DNA from: Octopus sinensis
Taxonomy: Eukaryota
Direction: 5' to 3'
NCBI RefSeq assembly: GCF_006345805.1
Contig: NC_043018.1
Location: 27,838,001-27,902,000 of the forward strand
DNA length: 64,000 bases
A program made the position numbers and the translations under genes. Of this stretch, positions 53,236 to 64,000 are shown piece by piece. Position 1 is the stretch's first letter; each line of letters opens with the position of its first letter. The notes under the pieces were generated by a model, which had not been told where the DNA came from, ran no database searches, and worked only from the letters and a program-made list of their open reading frames with translations.

Positions 53236-53887
53236 CAGTAGCAGTAGCAGTAGCAGTAGTAGTAGTAGTAGTAGTATGACACCCCACCTAAAAGAAAAAC
53301 GAATGCAAAGTATAAAAAAAACAGACAAAACCAAAATAAAATGCAAAAAAATGAAAGACAATTGGAAGAAGAAGAACAACAACAAGAAAAAGAAAAAGAA
53401 AAACAACTTCCTCCATAACAAAAAAGAAACGAAAAAACAAAAGAGACAGAACAAAACAGGAAGGAAAAAAAAAGCAAAGAGAAACAAAACCCACCAGTTG
53501 GTCGTTAGGCAGATTTTAGCTCTCACGAAAGAATGGTTTAAAGAATGCAGCGAGGTGATTGGCCTAGCAGAGCGCCAATAATCGTAATAGGATTGTGAAA
53601 ATCCTAACGTTTAGAGGAATAGATTCACAGCTGTCAAACTTCTGGCACCCTCTGCCGATGTTTTAGAGTGTTTTCTTCAATGCTTTGACATTTAATAGAT
53701 GGCTTTGGTGGATAGCAAGCCAGATTTACTGGTTAAAAACCAAAAGACACGGGTTTCCTTTTCCTGCCTTCCTTCTTTTCTTCCTTCCTTCTTTTCTGCC
53801 TCCATCGTTCGACTCTACGACACCGCATAACCGTCGCCTTGCCTCGCCCTCACCTCGAGACGTTACGTTCCCTCGTCACTCTCCAGG

Positions 53888-53942
<55 letters not shown>

Positions 53943-54356
53943 CGATATTATTACATATATACATCACACGTATGCATATACATATACATGCATATGTATA
54001 TATATCGAAAGAGATAGAAAGAGGTAGAGCGAGAGATACGCCACACATATCATTGCAGAAGCAGGCTTATACACACACACACATAGATACATACATACAT
54101 ATATGTATATGTGTATGTATATGTATATATGTATATGTGTATATATATATATGTATATTTATATATTAGTGCATATATATGTATATATCTATATGTAAGT
54201 ATATATATTTGTATATATATGTATTTATATACATACATATATATATACATATATACATACATATATATATATATATATATATGTGCGTGTGTGTGTGCGT
54301 GTGTACACACGCTACCCACTCACATATATATATATCTATTATGTATACACACACCC

Positions 54357-54387
<31 letters not shown>

Positions 54388-54402
54388 CTTACATATACAT
54401 AC

Positions 54403-54445
<43 letters not shown>

Positions 54446-54956
54446 CACCAAGCCCCCACTTGCATGTATAAACGACACATAGATTGCTTTCCAGAGAAAG
54501 GCTTTAAAGTGACAAGATAACGACCAGCACAGGTTTTAGAATGGTGGTTGCGGTGGCGGGGGATTGATCCTTCAATCTTCCATCGTCATCGTCGTCGTCG
54601 TCGTTGTCGTCATCATTATCACAACTATCTTCATCATTATTGTCATTGCCGTCGCCATGATGAATTTAATCGTCATTCTCGTCGTCGTCATCGTCTCCAT
54701 CATCATGAACATCAACATCACCGTTGTTATCGTCGTCGTTGTAAACATGAAGTTAAATAATAATAATAATGATGATGATGATGACGATGATGATGATGAT
54801 AATAATAACAAAAATAATAATAATGATATTAATAATAAGGATGGTGATGATAATAATAACTGTAATAATAATAAAATAAAAATTGAAATGATGATGATGA
54901 TGATGATGATAATAATAATAATATTAATAATAACAATAATAATAATAATAAAAATG

Positions 54957-55020
<64 letters not shown>

Positions 55021-55044
55021 TGATAATAATAATAATAATAATTT

Positions 55045-55705
55045 AAAGTGCTGAATATGTGGACAAAACGGTGAAATTGTGTGGCATATTAGCAGCCAAT
55101 GTACGCCACTAGCCTAGAAGGAATATAAGAGTCGCCAAGGCAATATAGCTAGGCTTGTCCATTGGGCACCTTGCAACAAGTATGGACATGACATAGCAAC
55201 AAATTGGTGCGACCACAAGCCTGAAGGCATTGTCGAAAATAGAAATGCAAAGATCCTATGCGATTTTATGATTCAGTGCGACCATGAGATTGAGAATAGG
55301 AAGCCAGACATAGTGTTAATTGAGAAAGAAAGCAAACGAAGCTGGAATATTGATATAGCATGCCCTGCTAACAACAAGGTATACGATAAGGAAGAAAGAA
55401 AGGTCGATAGATATGACAGGTAAGCTTGGGATTTTAAGCAGTTGTGGTCGATGAAAAAGTGGTAGTAGTACCAATAATTGCCGGTGCCCTGGGTACTAGT
55501 GAGTAAAAATCTTGAGAAGTACATGGAACAAATAGGGGCTGCAATAAGGGTGGAGCACTTGCAGAAAGCAGCATTACTTAGAACCTCTCAGATACTCCGG
55601 ATCGTGCTCGAAAAATAAGAGGTGTTACCTTAGTTCACTGGTAGTGAACAGCTGACACTGTAGTACATCTCCAGCATTAGAAGCTAGGAAAAGACAATAA
55701 AATAT
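55045..55705 (+). mobile_element. Third R4/Dong-clade fragment in (TAA)n
   Basis: KC*ICGQNGEIVWHISSQCTPLA*KEY...LVHW...HKPEGIVENRNAKILCDFMIQCDHEIENRKPDIVLI...IDIACP...KVDRY. Confidence 0.88.
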
Positions 55706-55730
55706 TAACAACAACAACAACAACAATATA

Positions 55731-55777
<47 letters not shown>

Positions 55778-56451
55778 TTAATAATAATGATGATAATAAT
55801 AACGATGATGATAATAATAATAACAACAACAATCAGAATATTTCCTTATTTATCGTAAAGAGACGGATTCAAAAAATAAACTCTCACAAGGAATTAAATC
55901 CTTAAATGCTTAAAATTGTTTTAGCCCGAAGGCCGCGGCCGTGCTGGGGCACCACTGTTGAATTACAGAAAAAAAAGAAGATAAAGAGGATAATGAAAAA
56001 GAAACAAATTTGCAAATTACAAAATGAGGGAGGTAAAAGATGTTATACACTATATGGAAGTTTGTGTTAAGAATTTGAAAGGTACACGCACGCACACACA
56101 AACATACACACATGTATATGTATAGAGAGAGGAGGAGAAAGAGAAAGGAAGGTTCTACTTAGCCATAACGATGCTGATACTCATTATATACTCGTTCCTC
56201 ACTTGTTTATTATTTTCTTAGTTTCCGGAAACACGTGGATGGAAGAGTAGCTGAAGAGGTCACAGATGCGTGACGAAAGATTTCCAGACAATGGACATAA
56301 GATTAAATAAGTACAATAAAATACTAATACTGTCAGAATGTAATATACATCAGCTGCTTCAGAATAAATCGTTGGTCGAGTTCAGTGCATAGTATGAAAT
56401 TGAGGAAATGGCAAGGGAACAGGAATTACGTAAAGCACTTCATAAGCTTAA

Positions 56452-56587
56452 AGCTGTTTCTGCTATTAGCTGCAATGCGCTCCGAAAAGATTGCTTCTGT
56501 ATCACCTTGTAGCTTCCACAGTTTCTCTAGCAAGCTATGAGTGGGTGCATAGATCTGAGTCCATAACAACTTATAGCAGAAACGGCT
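56452..56587. mobile_element. Small MITE-like inverted-repeat element
   Basis: AGCTGTTTCTGCTATTAG versus CTTATAGCAGAAACGGCT (16/18 complementary), extending imperfectly inward. Confidence 0.55.
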
Positions 56588-56611
56588 AATTTTGCCTGCT
56601 ATCAATTTTTA

Positions 56612-56665
<54 letters not shown>

Positions 56666-56741
56666 TACACACACACACACACACAGAGAAATACACGGCG
56701 GCATGTATATGTATACATTCACAGATGCACGTAATTTATTC

Positions 56742-57107
56742 GTTTACTTGTATCAGTCATTTGCCTGCGGTCACGCTGGAGCACCGCCTTAAGCAGTATT
56801 TTATTAGAACAAATCGACCCCCACAACTAAGTTTTGTTTTAAAACCAAGTACTTATCCTATGGGTCTCCTTGCCGAACCGCTAATTTACGGGGACGTAAA
56901 TACACCAACACCGGTTGTCATGCAGTCATGAAGGGACAATCGCAGAAACAAATGAACACACACATACACACACATATGCGACGGGCTTCTTTCAGTTTCC
57001 GTCTACCAAATCTACTCAAGGCTTTGGTGGCCCGAGGCTCTGGTGGGACTGAACTCAGAACCATGTCGTCGGGAAGCAAGGTTCTTAGTACACAGGCACG
57101 CCTGCGC
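56742..57107 (-). mobile_element. SINE family A, diverged
   Basis: Reverse-complement homology to 3188-3597. Confidence 0.8.
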
Positions 57108-57742
57108 TTAGTGTAAGACGCTTACAACACCTAGGTTTACCAATCGGTCACCAATCTATGTCCTAACTCTGGTGATCGGGTGAAAGCGTGTTTGTGCAGA
57201 AATAATAAACAACTTACGTTGGGATTTGCTATACTTAAAGCAAAATGTTCCTCAAAGAAATATATCATGGAAGATTATACTGGCTAAGTTGTTGGGGCAA
57301 CTCACATCTCGGTATACTTTGTCGTTTATTGAGCTGTGCTCGAGTGCAACCAAATGCACCACTAACCTTTTTTTTTAGATATTTGGTGCTGAAAAACTTT
57401 AATACTATTTAGCTTGGTATAATGTAATAATTTTAATTTTATTAGTAATCTATCTTTTGCATGTTGTTAATAGTCGGAATCTAATTAATACTGATATCAT
57501 TGTAACTACTTGGGAGAGTCCATGGCATCACAGACCAACATACCACCACCACCACCACCACCACCACCACCACCAAAACCACCACCACCACCACCACCAC
57601 CATCACCACCGCCACTACCATCATCATCTTCATTACTAATAACACTAACAACATCGTTACTGTTATATTGTTAAATGATAGTAAGATTCGTATGTACTGA
57701 CAAAAACACTCACAACACACACGTATATATATATATATATAT

Positions 57743-57815
<73 letters not shown>

Positions 57816-57867
57816 AATATATATATATATATTGATTATATGTATATTATATAATATATATATATAT

Positions 57868-58118
57868 AGTAGACATATGTTACGAAAAGAAAATATAAAA
57901 TACACGGAAATGTAAGGGTAGAATATGATGAAAAATCAACGAAAATGCACATTGCAAATAGAAAAAGGCTATTTATGACAGGTAACGACAAATATATACA
58001 TTTAGATTGACTGAGGTAGTAATACGAGTCAAAAAAGTCATTATTATGAGATGATTAAAAGATGATAACAAAGTAAGAAAACAAAACGAACCATGGTTTA
58101 CCCAAAGCTATTCATCGT
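57868..58118. repeat. Dispersed (TA)n-embedded element, copy 2
   Basis: Homologue of 541-790. Confidence 0.85.
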
Positions 58119-58811
58119 ATATATATATACATATACATACATGTATATGTGTGTGGGTGTATGCATGTATGTATGTATATATGAATGTGTATGTGTCTGT
58201 TGTGTGTGTGGTGTACTAAACCACGATAGAATAAAAAGGCGATGATCCTGACTGGCAGCCATTTTTAGGACACCTTAACTGGAAGGATCTACCTTAATAT
58301 CTCAGACAACTGGCAGTTTCTCTCTCTCTCTCTCTCTCCCTCGCTTGCATACTCTTCCTCTCACTTCTCTCTCATCTGTCTCTGTTCTTTCTTTCTCTCT
58401 CTCTCTACCTCTTTACCTCTGTGTCCGTCTCTGCCTGTCACTGCCTCTCTCCTAATCTCCGTATTGCATAAATATCCTACCTAATGGCCACATGTCAAAG
58501 AAAGAATTTTTGCTGAGGAGTGGCATCGCTGGAGTCGATATTGTTGTTATTGTTGTTGCCAATTAACGTAGTTGTTGTTGCTGTTGTTGCTGTAGCTGTT
58601 GTTGTTGTTGTTGTTGTTGTTCTTCTTCTTCTTCTTCTTCTTCTTCTTCTTCTTCTTGGTGTGATTGCGGTTGTTGTTGGCTTCTTCTACTCTTCCCACA
58701 CACTCTTCACACACACACACACACGCACGCATGCATGTATGTAAGTATGTATGTATGTATGTATGTATGTATGTATGTATGTGCGTGTGTATATGTATGT
58801 ATGTATGTATA

Positions 58812-58980
58812 AAATGCCGGTCAAAATGCTTAGCGGCATTTCGTACGTCTTTACGTTCTGAGTTCAAATTCCGCTGAGATCGTCTTCTCTTATAAATCCT
58901 TCGTGCTCGATGAAATAAGTACTAATTGAACACTGGGATCCCAAGAACTTACTGACCTTGTGCCAAACTGTGAAACCAAT
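58812..58980 (+). mobile_element. Decayed SINE family D
   Basis: AAATGCTTAGCGGCATTTCGT...GTTCTGAGTTCAAATTCCGC. Confidence 0.7.
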
Positions 58981-59082
58981 ACACATACACACACGCACAC
59001 ACACACGCACATACACACACACACACATATATATGTGTGTGTGTGTGTTAATCGATGTGTACAGTATTATATATATTCTTTG

Positions 59083-59176
59083 CGGCCAATATCACCAATC
59101 AGTTTCGCACTAAGGGTTCAACGGAGTGTTAGGTGACGGTCCGATTGCGTAACCCTGCGCTCATCAGAGATAGCCG
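59083..59176 (-). ncRNA. Decayed hammerhead ribozyme with long stem II
   Basis: Minus strand reads CGGCTATCT-CTGATGA-GCGC-AGGGTT...AACCCT-TA-GTGC-GAAAC-TGATTG-GT-GATATTGGCCG. The core and stem II are intact, but the cleavage nucleotide appears deleted. Confidence 0.7.
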
Positions 59177-59963
59177 TTGTAACTCGGACGTAATGGATAT
59201 ATAATATCGTACACTTCCATTAATAATATACCCACACTTCTGACAGACATATGAGTATATTTTCGTCTTGAATTATGGACTCTTAGACGGCTTGTACACA
59301 CACAGACAGACACACACACACATACACACACACATACACTCCACACACTCATACATATATACATACACAAGTGCAGACACACATATATGCATATATATAA
59401 TATTTGGCTGCTATTTCTAGCAAATCTAGCAGCTGATGCGCCATTACTTCTCAGATATTCATCTGGTATTTCAGTTGTTTGTCGAACCATCTGGCTACCA
59501 GTGTCTTGTAGCCAGGCACAAGGAACATATTTAAACAGTTGTTCCTTCATGTATTGTTAGGTGTTCGTTTGAAAATTTCTCTTGAGAAGACCATGTTGTT
59601 GTTGGTGTTGTTGTGTAATTTACTTAGCTATTTAATGTCTTCCTGTCTTATTTCCCTGTTCTTCAGGGAATAACATGATACCGTTTCGCCATCGCCGTTT
59701 TACATTAGACAAACATGGCGTCTTTTCCTGTTTCGTTATCTCTTGGGGAAAGAAATACCTTTTGGTGGACTTAATTTTTCATTGCGGCTTAATATTGCAT
59801 AAACACACACAAAAAAAACACAACGCGCACACCACACACAAATTAAATATACACGCATGCAAACACATCAGACACATATATACTTACACATGTGCACGCA
59901 CACCCCCACACACATACACACACACTCACACATATGCCACATACACACATGCACACAATCGCA

Positions 59964-60040
<77 letters not shown>

Positions 60041-60075
60041 TGAACATAGAAGCACACGCACGCAAATGCTACTTC

Positions 60076-60382
60076 GTCGGTTACGACGATGAGTGTTCCA
60101 GTTGATTTGATCAACGGAGCACCTTGCTCGTCTTATTAACACGTAAGTAGCTGAGCGCTCAACAGACACATGTGCCCTTAACATAGTTGCCGGGGAGATT
60201 CAGTGTGACACCGAATATGACAAAGCTGACCCTTTAACTTACAGGTACAACTCACTTTCCCTAGATGAGTGGAGTGGAGCAACGTGAAGTAAGGAGTCTT
60301 GCTCATGGACAACAACGTGCCACCTGTAATCGAACTCGCGACTTTACGACTGTGAGCTGAATACCGTAACTACTAAACTACG
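60076..60382 (-). mobile_element. tRNA-derived SINE (CORE-like plus distinct 3' domain)
   Basis: Minus strand reads GTAGTTTAGTAGTTACGG...GAGTTCGATTAC...CCATGAGCAAGACTCCTTACTTCACGTTGCTCCA. Confidence 0.7.
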
Positions 60383-60504
60383 CTTTCACAGGTACGCACA
60401 TACACAGGGACACACAAACACATACACACACTTATACACTCTCGTACTTACACGTAGGATCCACACTAGTCAACTGTGATTTAAAATTTTGTCTGCCGCT
60501 TATA

Positions 60505-60955
60505 CAGGTCGTCATCGACTTACGACTACAATTGGTTCCGACTGACTGGTCGTAAGTCAGCCTATAGGCTTACATAGCTTTGATTTATATTTTTTTTATT
60601 CTTAAGGTACATTCTCAGGTAAAAGTCACACATAGTATTCTGTATTATACTATTATACTGACGTTAGTCAAAAATTTCAGAGTCTCAGTTGTCTTATAAA
60701 TAAATACGAGGTTCCCTCGATGTCTCCGCGACAGGATAGTTATCCAATCATCGGGATAACAACAGTGGCGATCGATACCCAAACCTAGAGGAAGCGTTTG
60801 TTAGCTGACATCACCCACAACGGGTTAATTGCTGAGAAATTAAGCCCATTAGATTTCAGCTGGACTATTTATTATTGCTGTCGGGAGCTGGCGCGCCAAT
60901 CGTCGTACAGTTGATCGGTCGTAAGTTGGAGAGGTCGTAAGCCGAAGACGACCTG
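60505..60955. mobile_element. Tc1/mariner-superfamily (pogo/Tigger-like) MITE
   Basis: 22-bp TIR CAGGTCGTC[A/T]TCG[A/G]CTTACGAC with 2 mismatches, and TA on both sides. Confidence 0.85.
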
Positions 60956-61334
60956 TATATTGTTTCAGTTAGGCAAAGATACTGACTTATCATCTTCTGT
61001 GTTCCTTTGCTATCTTCCCTTTACTTCCTGTTTCTTTTCTTTCTTTCTGACTTTCTTTGATTCTTCCCCCACCCCACCGCAGCACTATACCCACAACAGG
61101 TCCAGATTGTTACAATATGATTAATTTATACATGTTGATCACACATTGTGATTTACCGTTTCATCTGATTTATCAAAGACGCCGAGAAGGGGAACTTTGA
61201 GATGGGGGTGCGAGGAAGCAGAACAAGAATCGGAAGTCAAAGAAAGGAGAAATAGAATACGGAAATAAGAAGGGAAAGATCAACCATATTGACCATCAAC
61301 AGAAATAGAATTGTAACTTGACTTATATAAATAA

Positions 61335-61987
61335 CTAGCAGTAATACCCGTCGTTCATCGGATAATTACTTTTACTCTTTCTCAGGAGTCACATTCAAAG
61401 CATTATTATATATATAATAATAGATTTCTCAACGGGGATTTCAGGGGAGAGTTTCAGGGAGTCGCTGGTGATGTATCGTGATGATAAAAAATCCGGCCTG
61501 CTAAAATTTGGTTAAAGTGATTCAAACTGCAGACTCAACGCAAAATGGTCACATTTAATTCAAAGCGTTAAAAATGTTATGAAACAATTGTAAGTGTTCA
61601 CAAAGTCCAACGATAATACGAAAAAACCCTCAGGCTACATCCCGAAAATTCATTCTTTGCCGAATTTCTACAATGTTTACGGCGATTCGTTTTTATATAT
61701 TGATTTTTATTTTTCATGCAATTGCGCATGCTTGCACGCGTGGTGAACACAGTTCACGTCAAATGCATGGGATAAGGCCTAAACAAACACATTATCGATT
61801 TTTGCACTTGCGAGATGAATTTCGGAACAGGAATAGAGCAATTCAATTTTCACTCGCCTAAACTTTAAGTGACCCATTTTTGTTGGTCTACGATTTGTTG
61901 GCTAGGAAGATATGTGCCGGGAAGTTAAACACAGACACACACACAAATACACACACAGACACACAAGTTGAGTTTTATATATATAGA
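61335..61987 (-). mobile_element. Non-autonomous Helitron (653 bp)
   Basis: Minus strand starts A|TCTATATATATAAAA followed by (TG)n. The subterminal hairpin AGTAATTATCCG...CGGGTATTACT precedes GCTAG|T. Confidence 0.8.
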
Positions 61988-62197
61988 TATCAAATATAAA
62001 TATGCCGGATTTGAATGCGATCCATCACTTAGAGCCAGCCATTAGAAAAGTCTCATATCTGCAGAGTGAGATTTGTAGAAGTATGCCTCATTCTGATCTG
62101 TGAAGCTTCATCATTTAAAAGGAGACTTTGAAATATTGGTAACACTATTGGTTGCTTGTTTAGTGAAATGTCAACTTTGAACAGACATATAAACTCT

Positions 62198-62553
62198 TGC
62201 TCTTTTACTCTTTTACTTGTTTCAGTCATTTGATTGCGGCCATGCTGGAGTACCGCCTTTAGTCGAGCAAATTGACCCCAGGGCTTATTCTTTGTAAGCC
62301 TAGTACTTATTCTGTTGGGCTCTTTTGCCGAACCGCTAAGTTTTGGGGACGTAAACACACCAGCATCGGTTGTCAAGCGATGTTGGAGGACAAACACACA
62401 CACACACACACACACAATATATATATATATATATATATATATACGACGGGCTTCTTTCAGTTTCCGTCTACCAAATCCACTCACAAAGCTTTGGTCGGCC
62501 CGAGGCTATAATAGAAGACACTTGCCCAAGGTGCCACGCAGTGGGACTGAACC
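62198..62553 (-). mobile_element. SINE family A, well conserved, head truncated
   Basis: Reverse-complement homology to 3188-3597. Confidence 0.9.
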
Positions 62554-63311
62554 GGAAGTATACATGCACAGATACACAAATCTACCATCTCTCTATTTAT
62601 CTATCTATATATCTGTCTATCTATCCATCTATCTGTACATCCATACATATATATCTACACACATAAATACATATATGCATACATATATGTACACACAGAC
62701 ACACACACACATTTTCATACATCCGTACACAGAGATATACAAACGCGCACACACTGTTACTCGAGCAGTTATACCCTCACCCCTTAACCCGACTTACATT
62801 GACACATGAGACAGCAGCAGGGCTAATAACGTAAAGGTAAGATGTCGTTGGTCGCAAGGGTGGGGGTGGCTGTTATAAATAGTTTTAACAACAACAACAA
62901 CAGCACTACCAACAACAATACAACTGCCAGTCTCCTGTTGCTTAGCAATGTTATACAGATAAAAGGATTTTTCTGAAGGCACCAAACACAGCTAGATATA
63001 TTTATTTTAGTTTTCAGTTAAAAATTACACTCACCATGCTGTGTGCATGTACATACATACGTATATACATACAGACATACATACATACATACAATCAAAC
63101 ACTTCCATACATACATACATACACACATACACACACACATACATACTTTCATACATACATACATACTTACATTCATACATGCGTACATACACACACACAT
63201 ACATACGTACATAAAACGCATACACGTAAATATACATATGTATATATATATGTGTATATATTACGATAAATACATACATATATATGTATGTATATTCATA
63301 GACATATATAT

Positions 63312-63415
<104 letters not shown>

Positions 63416-63634
63416 TTGTCTGTCTGTCTATCTGCCTGTATATATATAAAATCATAAGTATATATCTACACACATTCCCGCACATACAAACACACACATA
63501 TATTAAAAATAAAAGAATATGGATAGCAATGTATGTGTGCGTACACAAACACACACACATATATAGGTAGATATATGTGTGTGTGAAACGAATGTATATG
63601 TGTATGTATTAGTTTAGCTCTATATACATATCTC

Positions 63635-63668
<34 letters not shown>

Positions 63669-64000
63669 CGCACCCTCCTCTCAAACAGAAACATGTGCAT
63701 ATATGTATATATCCTAAAACTTTTAAACAATATATTCGTTCTTTTGAAGTTGAGCGTTTGGATAAACCGGAAGTGGAGTTTGTTTTCAGAATAATAAACA
63801 TTGAGGCAATTAAAATAAAGTAAAACGAAACAAAACAAACACACAAGTAACAAAATGGCAAATTTCGATTAATGATTTGATACAGAATATCTGAAACACG
63901 GAGACTCAATAACGACATGAAGATTTCTATAATAAACACAAGGTCCGATATGTTGTTGGAGGAGACATGTCTATCACCTCGACCCCAGCGATCGACTTGT

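Overview
This is a repeat-saturated, AT-rich eukaryotic intergenic or intronic window with a 100-N assembly gap at 19185-19284. The microsatellite density and SINE repertoire suggest an Octopus-type cephalopod, but that is inference. I can support no intact host protein-coding gene; nearly all listed ORFs are microsatellite translations. Recognisable content is several tRNA-derived SINE families, decayed non-LTR retroelements (Penelope-like GIY-YIG, three R4/Dong, RTE, a CR1-group 3' end and an L1/Tx1-type ORF1), a palindromic mariner derivative, MITEs and two non-autonomous Helitrons. The strongest signal is a set of type I hammerhead ribozyme (HHR) motifs, mostly in short, mutually unrelated elements in or beside (TA)n arrays. 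They include a canonical HHR with a long stem II (18261-18351), a U3-A8 covariant HHR at the 3' end of the Penelope element (10739-10778), and further U3-A8, A3-U8-like and decayed variants. Also notable are a ~420-bp palindrome built from two divergent tRNA-like Pol III cassettes, and a young ~160-bp satellite derived from a SINE tail with a Helitron inserted in one unit. Repeat boundaries were read by eye and are approximate unless defined by TSDs or TIRs.
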